The notes beneath the pieces were generated by a model. The model saw only the letters and a list, made by a program, of their open reading frames with translations. It was not told where the DNA came from and did no database searches. From a virus (lineage: Duplodnaviria > Caudoviricetes), in IMG/VR virus record IMGVR_UViG_3300020469_000054, positions 1-58,506 of that record: DNA of 58,506 bases, one strand, 5' to 3'. Position numbers and translations under genes: made by a program. Positions 36,515 through 45,666 of the stretch are shown here, piece after piece (within the stretch, counting starts at the first letter, position 1; every line of letters starts with the position of its first letter).

Positions 36515-38004
36515 TAAATAGACTCTAAATATTCTTTATGATTTATAGATGACATGTATATCTGATGCTTAAGATGTTGCAACGCATCATGTGTGTCTTT
36601 AGCCATTTCCATTACACCTCTATTTTCTAAAATCTTAGAATAACTTTCTTTATTACACTTACCATGACCATTTGTAACCTTAAAGAAATTATCATGATTA
36701 AAAATATCAAAAGGCATAGAATCTACATTTAAAAAATCTTCTGATATTTTATCAGACATAGTTTTAATTTTATCTGGTCTCTCATGCGTCATATACCTCC
36801 AAAAATCTGAATCTGTCCTACCAGAATCATAACAATATCTCAAGAACAAATAGACTCTATCATAAAAATTTCTCATCTCTTGATTGTAATTATCAATATC
36901 AAATTGAAATATTTTAAAATTAAATCTATTAGTAAAATTTTGCATCTGATAAATTGCATGATGTACATTGGTAGCCTCTAATGGTTCTGTAAATCCACTT
37001 GATAAACCAACGCACATACAATTTCCTATCCATTGGTCATGCCAATATCCACTTTCAAATGGTATTATCTTATCAGTACTTAAATTTGTATCATAATTTT
37101 CTTGTAAGAATATATCAAATTTATCTAATGCTTCTTGATCACTTGTAAACTCCGTTGAAAATAGATAACCTGCTCCTATTCTATTTCTCAATGGAACTTG
37201 CAATATCCATCCATTATCTGTAGCTTCTGATGTAGTAGTAACTGGTATTGTTTTATGTTCACGAAAAATTGGATTTGGAATACACCTATTTAAAGGCAAC
37301 CAATCACTTGTATCTAACCACTTATTATTATCTAACTTTTTAAAGAGTAATTTACTAAAACCTGTGGCATCAATAAAGAAATCACCATCATATTCACCCC
37401 TATTGCCAATTACTTGTTGTATATGCCCATTTTTATCCTTAGTAATATCTACAATTATATCATCAATGATGGTGAGTCTATCTTTATACTTGTCAAGTAT
37501 ATACTTACTAGTTAATACTCCATCTATATGTAAGGTATATGAACCTGAATTCAGGATATTTAATGGTACTCTATTATCATCCAATAACTTATTACTATAA
37601 GTATCATCATTATCATAACAATCATTTGCTACTCCATACGCTCCTTCAAATCCATAAGTATTCCATCTCTCATCAAGACAAGCAAAAGGATGATAGAAAT
37701 GACTACCATCCCCAGTCCAATTTTTAAACTTCAACCCTAATTTTACTGTTGCATTACAATTTTTGATTAATTCTTCTGGAGTTATCCCAACACGTTCTAA
37801 ATACGTTATCATCATCGGTGTTAGACTCTCACCTATGCCTATATTCGGCTTAGCATGATTATATACAACTGATACTTCGACTGAATCCCCCCAATACGCT
37901 TTTAACCAAGTTGAAACTATTGCTCCTGCTGTTCCTCCACCGACTACTACGAATTTATAAGGGGCACTCTTTCTACTTAGAGATCTTTTGTACTCCCCCA
38001 TCAT
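36514..38004 (-). CDS. Flavin-dependent (tryptophan-type) halogenase family protein
   Basis: VVGGGTAG, IGIGES, ATVKLGLKFKNW, FFIDATGF and GFTEPLE. Confidence 0.88.
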   Translation of the reverse strand: MMGEYKRSLSRKSAPYKFVVVGGGTAGAIVSTWLKAYWGDSVEVSVVYNHAKPNIGIGESLTPMMITYLERVGITPEELIKNCNATVKLGLKFKNWTGDGSHFYHPFACLDERWNTYGFEGAYGVANDCYDNDDTYSNKLLDDNRVPLNILNSGSYTLHIDGVLTSKYILDKYKDRLTIIDDIIVDITKDKNGHIQQVIGNRGEYDGDFFIDATGFSKLLFKKLDNNKWLDTSDWLPLNRCIPNPIFREHKTIPVTTTSEATDNGWILQVPLRNRIGAGYLFSTEFTSDQEALDKFDIFLQENYDTNLSTDKIIPFESGYWHDQWIGNCMCVGLSSGFTEPLEATNVHHAIYQMQNFTNRFNFKIFQFDIDNYNQEMRNFYDRVYLFLRYCYDSGRTDSDFWRYMTHERPDKIKTMSDKISEDFLNVDSMPFDIFNHDNFFKVTNGHGKCNKESYSKILENRGVMEMAKDTHDALQHLKHQIYMSSINHKEYLESI

Positions 38005-38132
38005 TTAATAATACCCAATTTGCGTTTAAGTGATTGAAGTCTCGCTTTAGAGTTCTTCATTGCAACAGGACTTTTAGGTGACTTAGTGTTGCGTCCTCGT
38101 TTTCTCGGTGTTTCGTGACTTTTGAGGTGCAT
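38001..38132 (-). CDS. Small basic hypothetical protein (43 aa)
   Basis: Read manually: MHLKSHETPRKRGRNTKSPKS...LKRKLGIIK; ATGA overlap with the halogenase. Confidence 0.5.
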   Translation of the reverse strand: MHLKSHETPRKRGRNTKSPKSPVAMKNSKARLQSLKRKLGIIK

Positions 38133-38151
38133 CGTCTTGCCCTGTGTGTGT

Positions 38152-38180
38152 ATTATATAGTAATTATTCCTCCTTGTCAA
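38152..38180 (-). promoter_or_regulatory. Consensus sigma70 promoter for the halogenase-ho1 block
   Basis: TTGACA-17 nt-TATAAT. Confidence 0.8.
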
Positions 38181-38385
38181 CTAGTAATTCTTTTCGGAAT
38201 TCCTCTACCTGACTCATGACTTCTTCATCTATAGGTGGACCAGACTGAATCATAGGACTCAATAGAGAAACAGATCCATCTTCTTGAACAATTCTCCACA
38301 CAGTACGGTTTCTAGTACACATAGACAACATAAAAGATAAATTCTTCTCTGCCTCTTTTTGTGTAACTTCTTGAATGTCAACCAT
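38164..38385 (-). CDS. Hypothetical protein, possibly Phd/YefM-like fold
   Basis: IQEVTQKEAEKNLSFML...VWRI..DGSVSLLSP resembles the Phd N-terminal pattern. Confidence 0.5.
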   Translation of the reverse strand: MVDIQEVTQKEAEKNLSFMLSMCTRNRTVWRIVQEDGSVSLLSPMIQSGPPIDEEVMSQVEEFRKELLVDKEE

Positions 38386-38585
38386 TATTCAACTGATGCA
38401 ATTTGATAAGTGCGTTGCTCTGGATCAGTAACTGCTTCGATAGTTTGCACTGTTTCAGCAAATCCTTCAGATCCTTCTCGATCCCATTTCCAAGCTACAG
38501 TTTTTAAATCACCCTCAGATGATTCAAGGGTAACTTCCCTTGTAGAAATATTGATGTAAACGTGTTCCAAGTAAGACATCCTCAA
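38385..38585 (-). CDS. Hypothetical protein
   Basis: ORF track; GGAGGT RBS. Confidence 0.6.
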   Translation of the reverse strand: MRMSYLEHVYINISTREVTLESSEGDLKTVAWKWDREGSEGFAETVQTIEAVTDPEQRTYQIASVE

Positions 38586-38595
38586 CTACCTCCGT

Positions 38596-38624
38596 AGTGT
38601 AACATAAGATGTGGGTGCTGTCAA
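38596..38624 (-). promoter_or_regulatory. Sigma70-like promoter
   Basis: TTGACA-17 nt-TACACT with extended TG. Confidence 0.65.
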
Positions 38625-41171
38625 CTAGTTTAGGAAAATAGTTCCTGCAGTGACTTTGCATGTAGCACCAGCAGTCAAAGTCATTACACCTGCTGCACAA
38701 GTTAATGAAATCGCACCCGATGCACAGTTTATTGTAGCAGCACCAGCAGCAACATTGACCGCCCAAGCACCAGCAGCAACATTCATTGAAATACCTGCTG
38801 CAGCAGCATTGAAGACCATTGGTCCTGGTGTGGACGCTGTAAATGGTGGTAAACCACCTGTCAGTGCTGGTGTTTGAAGGAATGTTATAGGTCCAGCAAC
38901 AGTACAAGTATAACCACCCAACCCTATAGGATTAGTAATATTAATTGCCTGTGTTAATGTTTTGGTATTCATTGTAATTGCATTACCAGCATTCATTACT
39001 ATCTCACCACCAGAGAAAGTCATAGTTTGCCCTAAGTTTTCATATGAACTACAAGCAACCTTCATATCTCTTGATCCAAACTCTGTAGCAATGGCATTCA
39101 ATTTAAAGTCAGCACCATTAACCGCAACATCTAAATCGGATCCGAATGCTATTGTATGCTTTTGAATCTTATCACTATTATCCGCATTACTTCCGTTATT
39201 ATCTACTTGCTTAGGTGCTCCTTGTGCATTCATAAAGAATCCACCACCAACTTCAAGATGGCAGTCACCAGTAACCTTTAAACGATAGTCACCATCTATA
39301 GTCCTACAATAATCTCCATCAATAGTTTTACAATCATCGCCATGCACTTCTTGAGTATGATTACTTGGATATGAAGTGTGGTCAGCAACAAAGTTTGCTT
39401 CTTGGTCTGATGATGAAGATGAATTTGCCGTTATATAAGCATCCACTTTCTGTTGTATTTCTACATCACTAAGATCAGGATTTTGCATCCGAATCTCTTT
39501 CAATGCTTTAAATCGTGCTGTATCAGAATTATTTTGTTTAATTGATGTAGTTGTTTTACCAGATGCATCTTTAACAATAGTTGCTTGTCTTCCTGGTGTA
39601 CCCATTTGAAGGTTGTAAGCACCATTAACAAAGTTCTTAGCAGTTGTTAAATATGGATCTGCTTCTTCAAAGAATGAGTCTAAAAATCCACCACCAGAAG
39701 ATTTATTATTAGTCCTACTTCCATCACCACAAGCACCATACCCACTACCTATTGGTAATTCTGCTAATGCCTCTGGAGTACAAGATGTCGTGCCAAAGAA
39801 AGGATACCAACCAACATCATTTTTACCACCATGTGCTTCACGATTACAACCAAAATCAAATAAACTAAGGAATAGTGTTAATATTCCAACCAATCCATCA
39901 ATACCATTAGCTACAACATCCATCCCTTTAGTAAAGATGGCACTACCCTTTTCCCACATCTCAATAATTTCTTTTGCCCTGCCACCCAAATCAGCAATTG
40001 ATTTTACTTGCTGAATAATACCCAAGACCTGACCAAGGATATTTTGCACTGAACAAATAATTGAATCGATGACATTTTGGACACCTTGAAGAGCTGCTTC
40101 TGCCTTAGAAATTAATCCTTCAACAATACCATCAATAATACCAGTCAAAGCACCGATAGGATCGTTAATAAAACCCATAATTTTATTATCAATACTACAA
40201 ATAACACTTAATATCGCACTAAGGGCACTTTTAATAGCAGCAAAAGTTACACCTGGTATACCAAGGAATGATGTTGTAGTTACTGCTACTTGTGTAAGTT
40301 TTTGCACAAGTATATCAAGTTCTTGTCTAAGAGCTGAAACAACCTGAGCAAACACAGCACTCATAAAGTTTTTAATCTTTCCTAATAGTTTATCTAATGT
40401 TACAACTTTATTCTCAATAACATCAATAAAACTACCATCATCAGCTTTGACTAAGTTACCAGCAGATGCTGCAAGATCCTCTAACAAATACGTTAGTTTA
40501 TAATCCAACAACTTCATAGGACCACCAGTACCTGATGCAGTAGGAATAGGTTTAGATGGTGCGAAAGGTTTCTGAGTATTAAAACTCGATCCATTAATAC
40601 CAGGATGATTACCTATACCAAAAGGTGATCCATGTCCTCCTGGACCATCACCTTGTTCTGGTGTTGATCTAACACTATTGTTATCTATTTTATCCTGATT
40701 TTTGGTATCTGTAGTATCAGTTACACCTGGACGAACAGTAGATGCATTAGCTTCAGTACCTTCTTCTATCTTTTCACCTGTCAACAAATACTTTTTCTCT
40801 TCATCAGTTTCACCCTTTCTGACTCTCAATACACCCATAACAACAGGCATTTGTGCTGCTTCCCCATCCATGAAGAATCCCATAACAATTGCACGAGGTT
40901 GCAACTGCCCAGATGATTCCCCTTGCAAGTCATTACCTGCTTGACAAGTATGTTGCAATACTGTTGCCCAAGGTAGGTTGTCTGTTGGTAAATTTGAAAC
41001 AGAGGATCCTTGAGGATTAGTATAATAATTTATTATGCGTACTTTAACCCTATTACAATTTAATGGGTCTTCATTAGATTCAACTTCACCAATCCACCAG
41101 TAGAATCCATCTTTACCAGCGAAAGATGTATTCTGCTCATTAATAATACCATCAACTGTAGCTAAGCTCAT
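38625..41171 (-). CDS. gp5: Baseplate central spike gp5-like protein
   Basis: N-terminal OB fold (FYWWIGEVE..DP...RVKVRI...LPWA...GFFMDG...Q.PVVMG) and C-terminal beta-helix repeats. Confidence 0.88.
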   Translation of the reverse strand: MSLATVDGIINEQNTSFAGKDGFYWWIGEVESNEDPLNCNRVKVRIINYYTNPQGSSVSNLPTDNLPWATVLQHTCQAGNDLQGESSGQLQPRAIVMGFFMDGEAAQMPVVMGVLRVRKGETDEEKKYLLTGEKIEEGTEANASTVRPGVTDTTDTKNQDKIDNNSVRSTPEQGDGPGGHGSPFGIGNHPGINGSSFNTQKPFAPSKPIPTASGTGGPMKLLDYKLTYLLEDLAASAGNLVKADDGSFIDVIENKVVTLDKLLGKIKNFMSAVFAQVVSALRQELDILVQKLTQVAVTTTSFLGIPGVTFAAIKSALSAILSVICSIDNKIMGFINDPIGALTGIIDGIVEGLISKAEAALQGVQNVIDSIICSVQNILGQVLGIIQQVKSIADLGGRAKEIIEMWEKGSAIFTKGMDVVANGIDGLVGILTLFLSLFDFGCNREAHGGKNDVGWYPFFGTTSCTPEALAELPIGSGYGACGDGSRTNNKSSGGGFLDSFFEEADPYLTTAKNFVNGAYNLQMGTPGRQATIVKDASGKTTTSIKQNNSDTARFKALKEIRMQNPDLSDVEIQQKVDAYITANSSSSSDQEANFVADHTSYPSNHTQEVHGDDCKTIDGDYCRTIDGDYRLKVTGDCHLEVGGGFFMNAQGAPKQVDNNGSNADNSDKIQKHTIAFGSDLDVAVNGADFKLNAIATEFGSRDMKVACSSYENLGQTMTFSGGEIVMNAGNAITMNTKTLTQAINITNPIGLGGYTCTVAGPITFLQTPALTGGLPPFTASTPGPMVFNAAAAGISMNVAAGAWAVNVAAGAATINCASGAISLTCAAGVMTLTAGATCKVTAGTIFLN

Positions 41172-41195
41172 TTGTCCAAGAAGGTTTAAATTTAT

Positions 41196-41393
41196 TTATG
41201 CAGGTCTGCTATAGAGCTCATCGTGATACATCTCCATATAAATCAATGGAGGAAAATCAGGATCTATATTATTAACTATTAATTTAGAAAGAGGATGATA
41301 ACGACCTGATTTATCATCATACAACATGACCTCAGAGTCTAATTCAGATTCTTTAAGAAGACCTATCTTATCTCTGAGTTCTCTGTAATTCAT
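41196..41393 (-). CDS. Hypothetical protein, apparent paralog of 16399..16551
   Basis: MNYRELRDKI...ELDSEVMLYD. Confidence 0.55.
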   Translation of the reverse strand: MNYRELRDKIGLLKESELDSEVMLYDDKSGRYHPLSKLIVNNIDPDFPPLIYMEMYHDELYSRPA

Positions 41394-41885
41394 TCATTTA
41401 CCTCGTTTAAATTTATATAGTGAATTCCCACCAAAGATTTTATTCCCTTCAGTATCTTCACCTCGGTCTCTACTATTAAGACCATCTCCAGTTAAATGAA
41501 TCTCAGCAATAAGTTTAGCACCTCTAACAATACACTTATCTTCAGATAGGAGCTTCCCGTGCCATCCATTATCACTTCGTTTAAAAATCATATCACAATT
41601 TTCACATCTTGTCCACTTAAGATCATAATTTTCAACAATTACTTCAGTATCAGATATCTCTACAATCCTATGATGTCTTTCCCTATAAGGTTTATTAGGT
41701 CCATCTCTTCTATAATAGTTCTTAGATCTATACCCACCATCAATCTCTTCCCACGAAACACACAGTTGAGCATATTCTGTAGGATTTGATTGTGCTTGTC
41801 TTATATTATTATAATTTCCTAAAAGGTATTCTTCAAAATCACTCGTCATATACTCTACATTCAAAAGCATCAGGATGATTGTCAC
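41394..41885 (-). CDS. cpeT: CpcT/CpeT-like phycobiliprotein lyase
   Basis: N..QAQSNP, PYRER, CDMIF and DRG.D.EG.KIFG; probable true start MTSDFE near 41849. Confidence 0.85.
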   Translation of the reverse strand: MTIILMLLNVEYMTSDFEEYLLGNYNNIRQAQSNPTEYAQLCVSWEEIDGGYRSKNYYRRDGPNKPYRERHHRIVEISDTEVIVENYDLKWTRCENCDMIFKRSDNGWHGKLLSEDKCIVRGAKLIAEIHLTGDGLNSRDRGEDTEGNKIFGGNSLYKFKRGK

Positions 41886-42105
41886 AATAGACTTCTAAAT
41901 GTGAATCTTCATGCCTTGTATGGTAATCATTAATCTTACCATCATTCTTATCTACTTTATCATCCTTATGATATTCATCATACTCTGCATGGACATCTTT
42001 TAGATCTGCCTCACTATACTCTAACATACCATGATTGATATGCTCTTTGTGATCTTTAGGATCAAGATAAACTTCATGATCTAAATCGTGTTGTTTTTCT
42101 GTCAT
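41839..42105 (-). CDS. CP12-like protein
   Basis: C-terminal LEVYCDNHPDAFECRVYDE matches the CP12 signature. Confidence 0.75.
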   Translation of the reverse strand: MTEKQHDLDHEVYLDPKDHKEHINHGMLEYSEADLKDVHAEYDEYHKDDKVDKNDGKINDYHTRHEDSHLEVYCDNHPDAFECRVYDE

Positions 42106-42145
42106 AATTAGAGTGTATCTGCTGAATTATTTAGATATTATAGCA

Positions 42146-43540
42146 TTAGGTTGGATTTTGTGGTATCGAATCTCTGTAAACCAACATTTCGGTATCCATA
42201 CTCTTTCCATCATACTTATGTCTAACTCCTCCAATAACATATCTACCACTATACTTTCTATCTCTCACCATCTTATCACCCTTAAGTTTTGTTGCAGGGA
42301 TATTGATATCTACACCATATCCAGCATATAAATCCACATTTCCAGGAACAGTTATTAATAACTGAAGATTCTTAAGTGACTGCACTCTTAAATGCTGGTA
42401 GGCAGCCATTGGTGCTGCATTATTATAGACTTTAGTATCTCCTGTCTCTTTTGCTTTATCAAATATTCTATTAGGTTTTAAAACATACTTAATTCTTCTT
42501 GGATGTAAAACCATTCCCCTAGTAGCAGTTCCATATGACTCTACTGGGTTAGATCCACCTGTAATATGAGACATCTTAGACCACTCATCTGATATATTAG
42601 TTACATATGTTGGTCCTGCAGTATTATGCTCTGGTGATACCTCAGAATTTGGAATAGCAATTGGATCTAAAGCAACTACATTAACTGCCCATGCACCATT
42701 TCGCATTCCACGTAGATAGTTAGTTTCTTCTGGGAATACTATACTCTTAATTCTCAAATGATCATTTCCTATATCATCACTTTGTTTAGGTTCATAACTA
42801 TACCGATATAATCTTGCTATACCTTGTGCTGGATCAGTCTTAGTATCATAATCTTGATTATTAACATCCTCAATTATTTTATCAATAGATTTGAAATGAA
42901 ATCCAAAAGTATTCTCCCAGAATAAGTATCCATTTTGATCTTGACCTCTAACAGATCTTTGTCCTATCCAATAGATTGTATCAAATGCTCTCCAATTGCA
43001 AGCAATAAACTTATGATCATTATTAGAATCTTCAATATAAACCTTTTTACTAGTTAATTTTGCACCACCCCCATCTGGTTGACCTTGCATACCACCAGTA
43101 CCTAAAAGATAAGTAACCATATCTTTTGCTCTATTTGAACCAGAATCTTTAAATATTACCTCAGATGCCCCAAATATATTAGTACATTCATTAAGTAGAA
43201 ACTCATAACTTACAGCTTTTACAATATATGCCTCTGCATTACCAGATCTTGCTCTACTATCAATAGAATATGTAACAAGAGACCATGCTTTAGCTCCTGT
43301 AGATGTATCAATTCTAATTATCCATTCTTCACTACCAGTAAAACTATTAATTAATCCTGCACTATCCTGCAAAACAATCTCTGCAGAGATACCTGCACTA
43401 TCAATACCTTCAGTAATATTACATGCCATAACAAAATCTTCTAAACTACTGGCACCGTCAGAGTTTTCTAAGAATTGCCCATCTCTCCTAACCTTAAGAG
43501 AAAAACTTACATCACTAGCACTTTGCCTTAAACTTGCCAT
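42146..43540 (-). CDS. Baseplate hub protein (gp27-like)
   Basis: YLFWEN..GFHFKSID, I.VPGN..L.AG and YSGRYVI..VRH; lies between tape-measure-like genes and gp5. Confidence 0.65.
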   Translation of the reverse strand: MASLRQSASDVSFSLKVRRDGQFLENSDGASSLEDFVMACNITEGIDSAGISAEIVLQDSAGLINSFTGSEEWIIRIDTSTGAKAWSLVTYSIDSRARSGNAEAYIVKAVSYEFLLNECTNIFGASEVIFKDSGSNRAKDMVTYLLGTGGMQGQPDGGGAKLTSKKVYIEDSNNDHKFIACNWRAFDTIYWIGQRSVRGQDQNGYLFWENTFGFHFKSIDKIIEDVNNQDYDTKTDPAQGIARLYRYSYEPKQSDDIGNDHLRIKSIVFPEETNYLRGMRNGAWAVNVVALDPIAIPNSEVSPEHNTAGPTYVTNISDEWSKMSHITGGSNPVESYGTATRGMVLHPRRIKYVLKPNRIFDKAKETGDTKVYNNAAPMAAYQHLRVQSLKNLQLLITVPGNVDLYAGYGVDINIPATKLKGDKMVRDRKYSGRYVIGGVRHKYDGKSMDTEMLVYRDSIPQNPT

Positions 43541-45666
43541 TAGTTAAACACCTTTAGAGGATTATTTCCAGAATTTAATGCAGCAATTAAATCCTGTGTA
43601 TGTGTATCACCAGTAGGTATAATAGTTGGTTTCCTACTCTTTGCTGCATTCTCTGCCGAAGCAGTTTGTTCTGCATGTTTAGCAGCAACCAATTTAACCT
43701 TTTCATTGGCCATTTGAGCAAGTTCTTGGACTTTCTGAATCATAGTAAGTTGTGCTTGCTTCTTCTCTGTCTTTGCAGAATCAACATTTTCTTTAGTATC
43801 CTTGATGGTCTTTGTGCTATTAAACGATCCAGTACTCTCATTATATTTAATATTAGCTAATTGCTCTTTAAGGATAGTGGGATTAAATGCTTGACTAAAA
43901 GCATTCGATAACGAAGAAATTTGAGATTGTATACTACCACCAGTTTTTTCACTTTGATCTTTACTATCATCACCTTTATTAAAGGCATCATCAAATTGCG
44001 TTGCCATAGTTTGCAATGCATTTGCTGGATCTTTAGATGTATCAGCTTTAATCTCAGACTTGATAGGTCGTCCACTAACATTACTCATAGCCTTATACAT
44101 CATTTCTGGTGTAATATGTGCTTTATTAACTCCATCTCCAGCATAATAACTTTCACCCTTTGAAACTTCACGGAAATGTCCTTGCATATTCCCAGGAACA
44201 GGAATTGCTGCCCACACTCTAGATAAGTTTTCCATAGCCTTAGCAGGGTTATTCCGCATCATATCAGGTGTTACTTGTGCTTGACCTCTACCAATTAGAT
44301 ATTCTGCAATCTTTGTTTGATTCTTCTTATTATAAATGTCTTTCTTAGGATCTAATCCAACTGCCCTTGCTCTTTCATTCAAAAATCGTGGTAAGTTTTG
44401 ATACATACCAACAGCACCTGTTGCTTGACTTGCAACATCAGATATTGTCATCTTAGACGCACCTTTAAGTTCTGTATTAGGATACATAGAATCCCATCCA
44501 GCAGCACCACCTTCATACTTTGCAATAAGATCTAATACTGGAGCATATACATGTCCACCCTCTTCAAAACCAGCATCAATTACACGTGAATTGCCACCAA
44601 AGAAAGTATCCATATTGAATCCCATATTCTGACCTTCGGTCATCCTTTGACCCATCAAATCAGGATTCACTCTTGTTGCTGGTGTATCAATAGGAACTAC
44701 ATAACCACCACCTGCTCTTTGTGCAACATATTCTGTGCCGTGACCTATAAATGCAGTAGATTTACCACCGTCTAATGACACTGGATATCCAGACATCGGT
44801 CCTTGAATAAATCCACCCTTTGCCATCTCTATTACACCATCTCTTCCAGGAGCTCCATCAGCACCAGCAGCAGATTCTTCAAGATCTCCTTTAGTCATTG
44901 CTTGATAGGCTAACAAACCACCACCTATAAGTAGACCAGCTACACCTGCTCTCTTTAATGCTTTCTTCAATTTCTTCTTACTTCCTGTTAGAGCTTTAAC
45001 TAGCAATTTAAATACAGCACCCATATCATCTAATATTTTTAGTGGATTTGTCAACCATCGAATTGCAACAAATAATCCTGCAAAATCAACAAGTCCTCCC
45101 ATCAATCCCTTTAATCTATCCCACCAATTATTAGAAGGATCAAAAAAATTGTATAGATTATCAATTAACCCAACTATTCGATCACCAAGAAATGTTGCTA
45201 CTGATTTAAAAAACTTTCCTAAAACTTCTACAGTCTTCTTTATCTTAGCAGTATTTTGAGGATCACTCAACCACTTCATAATAGGTTGAGCAAGAGCCAA
45301 TACCATAAAATCTTTAAACAAATTAAATATCGCTTCCAAGAAACCAGGCATTTTTGGTCCTTCTAACTCTTCAACCTCTACAATTTCTTCGTCATCATCA
45401 GTTTGAGGTTTTATAAATGAAGGAGTAAATCCAGTATCAATATCTGAAGTTATACTCTCAAATATACGTCTTTGCGAATCAACAAAATCCTTAAGAACAT
45501 TTCCAATAGAATTTATAGTTGACCCTTGATTATTAGTTGCTTGTATATTTCTATTAAGAGATTCTACCAATCCTTTCTGTGCTGGATCTTTTGTACGAGC
45601 TTTCTCAGGTTTTACAAACTTGTAAAAATCAATCTTTGCTGGTTTTTTAGCGACTACTTTTGGCAT
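43540..45666 (-). CDS. Tape-measure-like protein with lysozyme-like domain
   Basis: Amphipathic helical N-half; LDLIAKYEG...MTI..V...AVGMYQ...NQ.KIA...LSRVWAAIP. Confidence 0.65.
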   Translation of the reverse strand: MPKVVAKKPAKIDFYKFVKPEKARTKDPAQKGLVESLNRNIQATNNQGSTINSIGNVLKDFVDSQRRIFESITSDIDTGFTPSFIKPQTDDDEEIVEVEELEGPKMPGFLEAIFNLFKDFMVLALAQPIMKWLSDPQNTAKIKKTVEVLGKFFKSVATFLGDRIVGLIDNLYNFFDPSNNWWDRLKGLMGGLVDFAGLFVAIRWLTNPLKILDDMGAVFKLLVKALTGSKKKLKKALKRAGVAGLLIGGGLLAYQAMTKGDLEESAAGADGAPGRDGVIEMAKGGFIQGPMSGYPVSLDGGKSTAFIGHGTEYVAQRAGGGYVVPIDTPATRVNPDLMGQRMTEGQNMGFNMDTFFGGNSRVIDAGFEEGGHVYAPVLDLIAKYEGGAAGWDSMYPNTELKGASKMTISDVASQATGAVGMYQNLPRFLNERARAVGLDPKKDIYNKKNQTKIAEYLIGRGQAQVTPDMMRNNPAKAMENLSRVWAAIPVPGNMQGHFREVSKGESYYAGDGVNKAHITPEMMYKAMSNVSGRPIKSEIKADTSKDPANALQTMATQFDDAFNKGDDSKDQSEKTGGSIQSQISSLSNAFSQAFNPTILKEQLANIKYNESTGSFNSTKTIKDTKENVDSAKTEKKQAQLTMIQKVQELAQMANEKVKLVAAKHAEQTASAENAAKSRKPTIIPTGDTHTQDLIAALNSGNNPLKVFN

